IMG/VR virus record: IMGVR_UViG_3300043436_004117
Coordinates: 1 to 39,207 of that record
Length of the DNA stretch: 39,207 nt
DNA from: a virus
Lineage: Duplodnaviria; Caudoviricetes
Reading direction: 5' to 3' (one strand)
The notes under the pieces are model-generated. The model was not told the DNA's origin and did no database searches. It worked only from the letters and a program-made list of their open reading frames with translations. A program made the translations under genes and the position numbers. Below are positions 18,310 to 26,646 of this stretch, one piece after another; position 1 is the stretch's first letter; every line of letters begins with the position of its first letter.

Positions 18310-18750
18310 TTAGTTAAGCGCCAAAGGCAAAGCATCTCTGAGAAAAGGTGTCGGTTTTATTCCTTTGACGCGCTTTGCATAAGCATACTGTGCGGTTGCA
18401 CCTGCTTTGTATCGCCTAGCCCCTGCACCTGACTTATTGACAACAGGCCAAGCGAGGAAATTACCCTTCACTGGATAGATGTACCCATTGCCTTTATCGG
18501 CTGTGCCTTCGTGGATGAAGAGACCGTACTTGAGGTTCGTACCGACGCGCACAATAACGCTGGTGCCAATACTGCTCATCTCCGTAGTCAAGGATTGCTT
18601 CAAGCGACCCGTATCCGTAGGACACAAAGCCCTCGCACCGCGAAGCACCTTATTTCCTCGGCGTTGCATATCCTGATAAACCGCACCATTTGGGCTTGCC
18701 AATAGCAGTTTGACTCCTGCAGGGTTGATAACGAAACGCTGGTCAGCCAT
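18310..18750 (-). CDS. HK97 gp10-like tail completion/neck protein
   Basis: CPTDTGRLKQS, YGLFIHEGT, PTPFLRDAL; ATG at 18750 (TAATG). Confidence 0.82.
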   Translation of the reverse strand: MADQRFVINPAGVKLLLASPNGAVYQDMQRRGNKVLRGARALCPTDTGRLKQSLTTEMSSIGTSVIVRVGTNLKYGLFIHEGTADKGNGYIYPVKGNFLAWPVVNKSGAGARRYKAGATAQYAYAKRVKGIKPTPFLRDALPLALN

Positions 18751-19025
18751 TAACCTGTGCCAATCATCTTGGCAACCATCGAGGCCACCGAGCCTCCTAC
18801 AGCACCGCCAGCACATGCAATACCAGCAAGGAACCAGCCAACAGAGGTCATTCGTTTCTCGATGTGCTCCACTCGCGTTTCTAGTTCCTTTAAGGCTTCT
18901 GTTCTTTTGGTGTCTTGAGCGTCCAGTTTTGCTGAAAGGGCATCAACTTTCTCTATGACATGACCGATGCGTTCAAATAGAATCGCAACTGCTATTTGAG
19001 GATCGGTAGGCATCGAAGTCGGCAT
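18750..19025 (-). CDS. coiled-coil membrane protein (lysis cassette)
   Basis: Coiled coil plus C-terminal TM. Confidence 0.65.
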   Translation of the reverse strand: MPTSMPTDPQIAVAILFERIGHVIEKVDALSAKLDAQDTKRTEALKELETRVEHIEKRMTSVGWFLAGIACAGGAVGGSVASMVAKMIGTG

Positions 19026-19040
19026 GGAATTCTCGCTTAA

Positions 19041-19571
19041 TTATTTCAATCCACTTGATTTTAAGCATTGAATCCACGCATCGCGGAATGCTTTAGGGTT
19101 GTCAGCCATAGCCGGTGAGATTTCGACATGTAGCCAGCGACCGCCGGGAGTTCCGGCATTGTTTTTTGCGTCAAAAATGCGAATACCGGCAATCCCCTCG
19201 CCGCGCGAACACCTGAAACCTGCACCCCAAGCGGTCTTGTCTTTGGGGTCTTGCTGGGGCCAGCGATAGGCGTAGTCGTGAATCTCCTCGATACCGAGCG
19301 CGGCAGTGTTAGCAATAAGGAAGTTCCAGCACTCTAAAGCCTTGGTGCGGTCTTTGTATCCCATATCTACTGCGCGTCCAGTTGCGTGCACTGAAAGATA
19401 AGCAGGGTTTGTAGGGTCGGCCTTTGCCTTTGCGTTATTCATGCGACGGTTTGAGAAAATCCCAAGGTTGGAAAAGCCCCATCTCTTAGAAGCAAGACGC
19501 AGAAGTTCCTCAGTGCCTTTCCTCGGCCCTGCCGCAACGCCGTCGGTGTTGCCTGTGTATTTACGCGCCAC
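19041..19571 (-). CDS. endolysin, zinc peptidase (M15-like)
   Basis: SVHATGRAVD and WLHVEI zinc-ligand motifs; adjacent to holin-like genes. Confidence 0.8.
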   Translation of the reverse strand: MARKYTGNTDGVAAGPRKGTEELLRLASKRWGFSNLGIFSNRRMNNAKAKADPTNPAYLSVHATGRAVDMGYKDRTKALECWNFLIANTAALGIEEIHDYAYRWPQQDPKDKTAWGAGFRCSRGEGIAGIRIFDAKNNAGTPGGRWLHVEISPAMADNPKAFRDAWIQCLKSSGLK

Positions 19572-19755
19572 GACCGAAGGCCTTATCGTTCTTGTTTAGG
19601 TAACGAAGTGCTGTTGGAATCGCGGCGGCCCAAACTGCGTTAAGAGTCGCGGTTGGGTCTTGAGTTGCACTGTAGGTTGCTACAGCACTGGCGAGTAGCG
19701 AGCGCAAGTACGAAGCGACTAGTGCTTTTTGGGCTTCTGTGAGTTTGATATTCAT
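19561..19755 (-). CDS. holin-like protein
   Basis: ASYLRS...ALRYLNKNDKAFG small hydrophobic protein next to the endolysin. Confidence 0.65.
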   Translation of the reverse strand: MNIKLTEAQKALVASYLRSLLASAVATYSATQDPTATLNAVWAAAIPTALRYLNKNDKAFGRGA

Positions 19756-20042
19756 GATGTTGGTTCCGTTTCTTTCTTCTTAGATTTCATGCCGTTTGCG
19801 CTGAGAACTCCAGCAAGCGAACCTGTCAGAAAGACTAGCAGGGTACTGACGAGGTCAATAAAGGCGGCATCGTTCGGGGCTTGAACGGTGACTGGCTGGG
19901 TCACAAATACAAGTGCGTAAAGCAGAGTGAACACCGACATGGCAAAGACAACTGCGAGAGTGATGCCAATAATGAAAATTAGACGAGCGTGCAGTTCCTC
20001 GCCTGTGTGTCGTTTTTCTGGGTTACGAATTGAGCGCGTCAT
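19752..20042 (-). CDS. two-TM membrane protein (holin-like)
   Basis: Two TM helices and a basic C-terminus. Confidence 0.7.
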   Translation of the reverse strand: MTRSIRNPEKRHTGEELHARLIFIIGITLAVVFAMSVFTLLYALVFVTQPVTVQAPNDAAFIDLVSTLLVFLTGSLAGVLSANGMKSKKKETEPTS

Positions 20043-20208
20043 CGGGTATCAAATCCTTTGTGCAGAAGTCGGAAGCGTGGCAGATAGGTGGAGTGCATTC
20101 AGCGGATTCCCAATTGTCAGGGTTTTGACATGGGTAGCGATAATGGCCGTCGTAGCCACAACTGGATATTAGAAGAGTAAGTCCTAATGCAAAGATGGTG
20201 GTTTTCAT
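20023..20208 (-). CDS. small lipoprotein
   Basis: Signal peptide with lipobox LISSC; four further Cys. Confidence 0.7.
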   Translation of the reverse strand: MKTTIFALGLTLLISSCGYDGHYRYPCQNPDNWESAECTPPICHASDFCTKDLIPDDALNS

Positions 20209-20222
20209 AGTTCTAATCCTGT

Positions 20223-21476
20223 CTAAGCAATTTTTGTCATCGTCACAATGGATGATGGGATAGCAGGGATCACGCCATTGATTGGCAGGTATTCTATTGC
20301 GATGTTTGCATTGTTTGTGTAGTACATGAGTTGGGCATATTCACCTGCCCCTAACTGGACAAAGAAGTTCCACGCGGCTACAACGAAACGATTACTAGGC
20401 ACGATGAGTCGTGTGGCAGAGTCTGCAACTGCCGTTCCGTTTTTCGCAAGCCAAATCTCTACAGTATCACCAGATCCACCACCACTACGATGATGCAACT
20501 GTGACGAGAACTGCAAGTTGTACAGCCCTGCACTCGTAACAGTAAATCGATTGTTTGCCACCACTGTCACACCTGAAGAGAAATCTGTTATCTCGGCAGG
20601 TATCGGCGTCGGCGTATTGATTGTCGTGACGACATCAACATTGCTATGGAACGCACCATAAGCAACGAGAGATGGTGGAGGCAAGACCGCCGCTAGTTCA
20701 CAAATAGCATCTTGAACATTGGTGCTCTCTAAGCCTTCGCAAGGCTCGAAAGAAACTCCGTCTGCTTCGGTTGAACCCGGTGGCCCCGGTGGGCCGGGTT
20801 CTCCTTGTGGGCCTTGTGGCCCCGGTGGGCCAACTATGCCCTCATCAATGAATTCAAGCAATTCACAAATTGCGTCCTGAACATTTGTGCTTTCGAGTTC
20901 TCCGCAAGGTTCAAAACGGACATTTGAAGCCGAGAAACGGCAAACAGGCTCGCCCGGCTCGTGAGGAATCGGCTCCGCACAACAAATACCGAACTGTGTC
21001 TGCTCTAGACCTACCGTCAGACGCGTCTCAACGCCGATACAGCCCCCTTGTGCCCCTATGAAGGCCTGCGCTGGGTTGGTGCGTTCCCAATAGTCAGGGA
21101 AGGCTCCTGTGAGCGCGTTGTAGATAACGGCCGCGTCGCCCAGAAGGTTGCTGTACGCGGTCTGGAGGCTACTTTCGCTCGGTGCGCGCCCACGATCGTC
21201 TACTACAGGAATGCAACGCAACAATATGACATTCAACTCGACCGCGATTAGCCCGTCAAAGCAAATGACTTCGGTTGTGTCCTCGGCAGGGAATTCGCTC
21301 GAACGATAAATGCGTTCTGGGATAACTATCAGCGAGCCACAGCAGTCATCCCAAGCGATCGCGCCTGAGCCTACATAGGTTGTCGTTATCGACTCCCTAC
21401 CGCAGTCCTCTAGCGCCGTCAGTGCTGTCTGTTGTACCCATTGCGCTACATCGAAAGTAGAAGGTGAAATGCTCAC
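20223..21476 (-). CDS. tail terminator-like protein fused to collagen-like repeat and beta-sandwich domain
   Basis: AWDDCC and QGGCIG N-domain; Gly-X-Y run; two STNVQDAICEL repeats; GLYNLQFSSQL C-domain. Confidence 0.65.
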   Translation of the reverse strand: MSISPSTFDVAQWVQQTALTALEDCGRESITTTYVGSGAIAWDDCCGSLIVIPERIYRSSEFPAEDTTEVICFDGLIAVELNVILLRCIPVVDDRGRAPSESSLQTAYSNLLGDAAVIYNALTGAFPDYWERTNPAQAFIGAQGGCIGVETRLTVGLEQTQFGICCAEPIPHEPGEPVCRFSASNVRFEPCGELESTNVQDAICELLEFIDEGIVGPPGPQGPQGEPGPPGPPGSTEADGVSFEPCEGLESTNVQDAICELAAVLPPPSLVAYGAFHSNVDVVTTINTPTPIPAEITDFSSGVTVVANNRFTVTSAGLYNLQFSSQLHHRSGGGSGDTVEIWLAKNGTAVADSATRLIVPSNRFVVAAWNFFVQLGAGEYAQLMYYTNNANIAIEYLPINGVIPAIPSSIVTMTKIA

Positions 21477-22171
21477 CGCACACGCCTCGCTATGTCTGGC
21501 GAATACACCGCAGAATGCTGGCGAAGTTTGTCAGGGTTGTTGGTGTAGATGAACTGGTCGCAGATAGGCAGGCCGATTCTGTTTTGAGCAAATAAAACCT
21601 CTGGGTTTGAGAGGTCAACCGTTACACCTTGACGGGTGACGCTGATTGCGTTGCTGGGAAGGCGACAATCCATACCGTCCCAACCTGCGAGCAATTCGCA
21701 GGCAAGTTCGCCCATTGCCAACTCTCCCAAAATAGGAACATCAATGCCGTATTTGTACTTGACCTCGATAGGTGGAAGTTCGCATTGTTCATCACAAGGC
21801 CAGCATTGGCCTAGGCGGTAAAGAACTCCACGCCCTAGGTAATACTCGTCCGTGTCTAGTACAAGGCCATCGACCTTAACTTCAGAAATTGAACGCACTG
21901 GCTTCGAAGTCAGCGTTATCGCACAACATTTGCGTCGGCTGTCGTACCCCAAACGCCACTCAACGCCCGGCCCAAAGTCATCCTGCCAAGGAACATAACA
22001 AGGAGACGAACAAGGCATCGTGTAGGACTCGGTTTGCTCGCAAATACCGAACCTTCGACCCGTCATCGACCACAGAATCGACTGTGAAGCGTTAACGGCC
22101 GCCTCTACAAGCGACGGATCGTATTCAGAAACATCGCAAGGGAAACGAACAGGCCAAACTTCACAACTCAT
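21473..22171 (-). CDS. head-to-tail adaptor
   Basis: LWSMTGRRFG...CRLP...TRQGVT pattern; position. Confidence 0.82.
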   Translation of the reverse strand: MSCEVWPVRFPCDVSEYDPSLVEAAVNASQSILWSMTGRRFGICEQTESYTMPCSSPCYVPWQDDFGPGVEWRLGYDSRRKCCAITLTSKPVRSISEVKVDGLVLDTDEYYLGRGVLYRLGQCWPCDEQCELPPIEVKYKYGIDVPILGELAMGELACELLAGWDGMDCRLPSNAISVTRQGVTVDLSNPEVLFAQNRIGLPICDQFIYTNNPDKLRQHSAVYSPDIARRVR

Positions 22172-22231
22172 CGCTGTAATCCTATCTTATTACCACCAAC
22201 CATTCGGCTAGCAGTTCTCGATTAACTACGA

Positions 22232-22903
22232 CTATGGGATAACTGGAGCGACATAGGGAATACATCCTTCTGTATCGCTTGGTGGTTGCGCTGTTGTAAC
22301 AACCATTCCAAAAATCTCGCCTGCAGGGAAAGTCTGAATGAAAGCGTTAGGTGTGTATGGGCCAGAACCCCACGCAGATGAAGCGGCGAAGGCGTCACCC
22401 ATAACACTCAATGTCAAAGCACCATTTTCGATTGTGATATCACCATCGATTTTGCCGTTGCGGATGAAAGGAACAAGGAAGTATCCCCACTCCTGCGTAC
22501 CGGGAGTGGTGCAGTCAACGCCTGTGCGCTTCGTCCAAACTTCCAACGCGAAAGATGAATCATTAACATCGGTTCCGAAGGTCGCGCCGATTGTATTGCC
22601 ACCAGAAACAACAGGATTAGCCTGCGCAATGATGTCCAAAGCGTCTGGGTTAATTTCAGCGAACTGAATCGCTACGGAGACGCGCTTGAGAATGTCTGGG
22701 TCTTTGTCGTTGATGCACAAATCGCCCCACGCATTTTTCTGGATAAATTCCTCGCCTGCTTCGTACTCGCCTGTCAAAGTGACAGACACAAAGCAATCAG
22801 AAACCAGCGTCGAGCAAGAGCCCTCAACTACATCTCCACAAGCGTCAAGACGAGTCAAACGGACTGTCTTGCCTTTGATTGATTTAAGGATTTTGGTAGC
22901 CAT
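22232..22903 (-). CDS. major tail protein
   Basis: GKTVRLTRLDACG...FALEVW pattern of actinophage tail tube proteins. Confidence 0.85.
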   Translation of the reverse strand: MATKILKSIKGKTVRLTRLDACGDVVEGSCSTLVSDCFVSVTLTGEYEAGEEFIQKNAWGDLCINDKDPDILKRVSVAIQFAEINPDALDIIAQANPVVSGGNTIGATFGTDVNDSSFALEVWTKRTGVDCTTPGTQEWGYFLVPFIRNGKIDGDITIENGALTLSVMGDAFAASSAWGSGPYTPNAFIQTFPAGEIFGMVVTTAQPPSDTEGCIPYVAPVIP

Positions 22904-22915
22904 TTGATTTTCTCC

Positions 22916-23695
22916 TTAGATGGAAGTCTCGAATTTGCCCTCAACACCGTACACCGAGCAGTCCCAACCTAGGACATAGTCTCGTTGCGCAATGATGCTG
23001 ACTTCGTTGTTTGATTTGCTGACGGCGTTTTCTCTTGTATCTACATCGCCTCGATAAATAACTACAGGGCCACTTGCATACATTTTGAATTTGTCAACAG
23101 GCGAAGAAATAGCGTCGTATCCTGCGCCAGCAACCACTGGTGTACCCAACTTAGTTACCAAGCGACCGCCTTGAACCTGCAGGTATTCCCAAAGGTAGGT
23201 TGCCGTTAAGCGACTCATATGGATTACGCCTTGACCACCGTAGTTTTCAGCCAGTTTCTGTTCAAGGTAACCAAGAACAACGCCCGGCCCAAATGAGGTG
23301 AGTGACAAGGTGCTTAGTGCATCGACACCTAACTGCGACCAAACAGACTGTTCAACGGTCGTCTGCTCGCTCGCTAGCAAGCGTTGGATCGCATTAGCGC
23401 GGTGCTCTTCAAGAGTGTGCCCAATAACAGCGTCGTTGTTGTATGTGTAAACCGTAAATGGTTCGTACTGGCTAACGAAGCAATAGTCATCCTCGTCAAG
23501 AGCAGGAACCTCAGCAACATTGCATGGGCCGTAAGTCGTCTTTGTCAGACCGCAGGCCTGCGACTGCCATTGAACACCAAGTCTCCAGTGTTCATCTGTT
23601 GTTAGTCGTGGTTCTGCTACAGAAAAGATGCCGTAAGGCAGGGCTACAACTGGTGGTGCCTCTACGAGTTGCCATGTGTCCAATTGCGTGCCCAT
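22916..23695 (-). CDS. major capsid pentamer protein
   Basis: PYGIFSVA...HWRLGVQW...C; directly after the MCP, as in Rosebush/Patience-like phages. Confidence 0.7.
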   Translation of the reverse strand: MGTQLDTWQLVEAPPVVALPYGIFSVAEPRLTTDEHWRLGVQWQSQACGLTKTTYGPCNVAEVPALDEDDYCFVSQYEPFTVYTYNNDAVIGHTLEEHRANAIQRLLASEQTTVEQSVWSQLGVDALSTLSLTSFGPGVVLGYLEQKLAENYGGQGVIHMSRLTATYLWEYLQVQGGRLVTKLGTPVVAGAGYDAISSPVDKFKMYASGPVVIYRGDVDTRENAVSKSNNEVSIIAQRDYVLGWDCSVYGVEGKFETSI

Positions 23696-23736
23696 ACCTT
23701 CGACTCCTTCTTGTGATTACTTACTTGTGCGCCTGA

Positions 23737-25398
23737 TTAGATAGCAGGTGCGTCAGTTGGGCAACAACCCGTGTAGCCACCCTCTGCGAGTGTCACATTG
23801 ACTCGGTGAGCCTTGGGGCCAAGTTGAGCGACGAGGTACATCTGCTCTGTCCATGCGGCTGTGTAATCGTTGGTTGCGTTGAGAACGCTGTCACGAACAA
23901 CACCAAGGTCGATGGTGCCACCGTCACCTCGAACATATCCACCTGCTGGGTACAGCAAGAAGTTCAAGTCGGTTGGGAAGGCTGGCAACGGCAGGTTGTA
24001 AGGCACATTGAATCGCTGGATTGGTTGCCAGTCGTGTACAAACTGTGCACGAACGCCACGCACTGCAAAATGCTCGTCAATCTGTGCGTTGGTCACTGCT
24101 GTCATATTTACACCAGCACGATTAGCAAGGTCTGCGCGAAGCATCTCTTTTGTCCAGAGTGGGAACACTGCTTCAAGCACACTGTTCACGCCCATACGGT
24201 ACTTGGAACGGTAACTAGCAACTGACAAGTCAACTGCACCGAGCAAACGACCAGCCGATGATGTCTGAGTCACTGGTGTCATGTTAATGAATTCAGCAGA
24301 AAGCACAATCTTGTCGATGATTTGTGCCGACATTCTGTGGAGGTGGGCATTAACAAGTGCATCAACATAACGGCGTGTCAGTTCAGGGAACGCACGATCG
24401 GTGAGGTTGCCGTTGGTAACACAGATACCTTCAGCGATGAGGCGGTAGTCAGTGAAGTCAGGACAAGGAATGTAAACACAAGGCTTGGTGGCTTCAGAGT
24501 CGTTTTGGTCTGCTTCTGTCCATTCCCAAGTGCCCTCAATCTCGGAGGTTCCAAGGTCATAGTCAATGCCAAGGTAGTTAGGAACATTAAGTCCACCACG
24601 AGTGATTTGGACTGTTGGCAAATCAATAAGGCCATCAGCGGCATCAATCCCGAACATGGTGTACAGGTTGTTAGATGGTGCGCACCATCCAGCGGCAGTC
24701 AAAGCCTCTGGTGCGGTTGCGCGGTCAAGGACATCCATGTTGTATGCAAGGTCTGCGCCCAACTTGTGCTCGATTGGCAAGTTGATGCTTGCTACAGGAA
24801 CCATGCCTGAGCCGTTCGAAAGTGTGCGAGCCTTGGAGTGCATTGCCTTAGCAATACCCATCTTGTCAAGGTTTGCACCACCAGCGAAGCCGGGAACATC
24901 AGCGGCGGCAGTGATAACTACCTCTGGCTGTGCCTCTGCTACTTGTGGTGTGGATGAACGGCGAGCCACCGCACTTGCGGAGGGTGCCTTTGGTGTCTTG
25001 TCTGCGCTCGCGGTCACGAGTTCACGCTCCTGTTCGGTTGCCTCGGCCTGAACGACCTCGGTGGTGGTTGGGGTTTCCTCAGCGACCTCAACGGCGGCTT
25101 CGGCTTCTTCTGCGTCGTCGTCACCCTCGGGATCGGATTCTGCGGAGATTTCTGTTTCAGCAATATGTACACGCTCGGCAAGAGAGGCAACTGCCTCTGC
25201 TGTTTTTGCTTCTGCTTCAACGCGAGCAACTTGCTCAGCGCGGATTGCCTCAATGCCATCTGCGATTTCAGTCATAACAGCGACATCGGTTGATTCAGCG
25301 TCAATCAACGCGTCGAATTCGGCAACAAGGTCGGCTTCAATCTTTGCGACTTCTTCGTTTGATAAGTCTGCGATGTTTTCTGGGATTACGGTCTGCAT
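23737..25398 (-). CDS. major capsid (hexamer) protein with N-terminal scaffold region
   Basis: Acidic helical N-terminus; LTAAGWCAPS, DLGVVRDSVLNATNDY. Confidence 0.92.
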   Translation of the reverse strand: MQTVIPENIADLSNEEVAKIEADLVAEFDALIDAESTDVAVMTEIADGIEAIRAEQVARVEAEAKTAEAVASLAERVHIAETEISAESDPEGDDDAEEAEAAVEVAEETPTTTEVVQAEATEQERELVTASADKTPKAPSASAVARRSSTPQVAEAQPEVVITAAADVPGFAGGANLDKMGIAKAMHSKARTLSNGSGMVPVASINLPIEHKLGADLAYNMDVLDRATAPEALTAAGWCAPSNNLYTMFGIDAADGLIDLPTVQITRGGLNVPNYLGIDYDLGTSEIEGTWEWTEADQNDSEATKPCVYIPCPDFTDYRLIAEGICVTNGNLTDRAFPELTRRYVDALVNAHLHRMSAQIIDKIVLSAEFINMTPVTQTSSAGRLLGAVDLSVASYRSKYRMGVNSVLEAVFPLWTKEMLRADLANRAGVNMTAVTNAQIDEHFAVRGVRAQFVHDWQPIQRFNVPYNLPLPAFPTDLNFLLYPAGGYVRGDGGTIDLGVVRDSVLNATNDYTAAWTEQMYLVAQLGPKAHRVNVTLAEGGYTGCCPTDAPAI

Positions 25399-25404
25399 CT
25401 CAAT

Positions 25405-25508
25405 GCTCCAATAAATAAAGGAATTGTCTGTCTTGATGCGACCGAGTGCGACCCGGACTTCGCGTCTCTAACGCTAGGCGATTAAAGACTTACTAGAAAT
25501 GTATCACA
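25405..25508 (-). promoter_or_regulatory. MCP promoter and structured 5' leader
   Basis: TGaTACATT extended -10; hairpins GTCTTTAA..TTAGAGAC and CCGGGT/ACTCGG; GGAG RBS. Confidence 0.5.
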
Positions 25509-25524
25509 GGCAAAGTGGCAAACA

Positions 25525-26475
25525 CTACATTTTGTCGAAATTTGTGCAAAGCAAAAAAAGTGACTCTTCAAAGTTGTCGAGAGATTTTGATGGATGCAGT
25601 TCCGCTGAGCGTTTGTAAGCAAGTCCAGATGCAGATGCGTATTCGTCTGGGTTGTTGAGTCTAAGTATTTGCTCCACCCAATCCTCAACGCGACGCGAAG
25701 ATACAAATATGCCAGCGTCACCAAGCGCCTCTTTAAGTCCGACAGTGGGTGAAGCAATCACGGGAATACCAGAAGCAAACGCCTCAACCGCGACCCGACC
25801 GTAGGTTTCTATTTTTGAAGGCATAAGGACAATACGGCTTCGAGAGTAAACCGAGCGCATATCGGTGGTGGTTGACTGTATTTCAACATTCGCTGGTGGT
25901 CTGCTGGACTTAATTTGATGCCCATATGAACCCTCAACTCCAAGAAAAAGATGGTTAGGCAAAGCCTGAACTAGTTGCCAAAAAATGTCACCGCCTTTGT
26001 TCTGGTTCAAATTGACCAGAGTGATGCGCTCTCCGCGTTTAGTTTTGTATTTCACAGGGTCGACAGGAGGCAGAAGCACCAAAGACTCGCTTATTGGTGT
26101 GACTGCTTTTGATGCCCATTCAGAATTGAAAACAGAAAGCAGGCTTCGACATTGTCGCGGTACTTCGGCAGAATATGCCTTCGGATCGTGATTTATGTAA
26201 ACAACTGGACAGCGTTTACTGAAGAAGTGATTGGCGTTATGAGTTGCTGAGGTTTGCGTCAAAACAACATCAGCCCATTCGTAGGCTTCAGTTTCTTTCC
26301 CTGCGTAGACAGGGACGACCTCAATATTCTCAAAAATGGTGAAACTGCGACGCAGGTCAAAGACTCTAACTTCGTGACCTCTGGTTTGCAGGCCAAGGAG
26401 AATTTCATGGAGCATCATCGTTGCCCCTGTGCAGTAGTTAGGTGGATATCCGTCCACCCAAGCGACGATTCTCAC
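25525..26475 (-). CDS. glycosyltransferase, GT4 (GT-B fold)
   Basis: RGHEV, NKGG, ETYGRVAVEAFASGIPVIAS (EX7E). Confidence 0.92.
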   Translation of the reverse strand: MRIVAWVDGYPPNYCTGATMMLHEILLGLQTRGHEVRVFDLRRSFTIFENIEVVPVYAGKETEAYEWADVVLTQTSATHNANHFFSKRCPVVYINHDPKAYSAEVPRQCRSLLSVFNSEWASKAVTPISESLVLLPPVDPVKYKTKRGERITLVNLNQNKGGDIFWQLVQALPNHLFLGVEGSYGHQIKSSRPPANVEIQSTTTDMRSVYSRSRIVLMPSKIETYGRVAVEAFASGIPVIASPTVGLKEALGDAGIFVSSRRVEDWVEQILRLNNPDEYASASGLAYKRSAELHPSKSLDNFEESLFLLCTNFDKM

Positions 26476-26645
26476 GCGGTGCGGACTTCGCCACCAAGCC
26501 TGTCAGCGTATGTTTGCGCTTGCGAAAGAGAAGCAAAGGAGCGCCCTGTGAAGGTTCCGTTTAGCCAAACCTGATAAGACCCGACATTGGTATCCGTTGC
26601 TGTTCTTGAATCGTTGCTTTTTTTCTTACGGCAACCGCATCCCAT
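26472..26645 (-). CDS. small MGCGC-type head-module protein (57 aa; not in ORF track)
   Basis: MGCGCRKKK...ADRLGGEVRTA; GTGA overlap with the GT4 start. Confidence 0.7.
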   Translation of the reverse strand: MGCGCRKKKSNDSRTATDTNVGSYQVWLNGTFTGRSFASLSQAQTYADRLGGEVRTA

Positions 26646-26646
26646 T

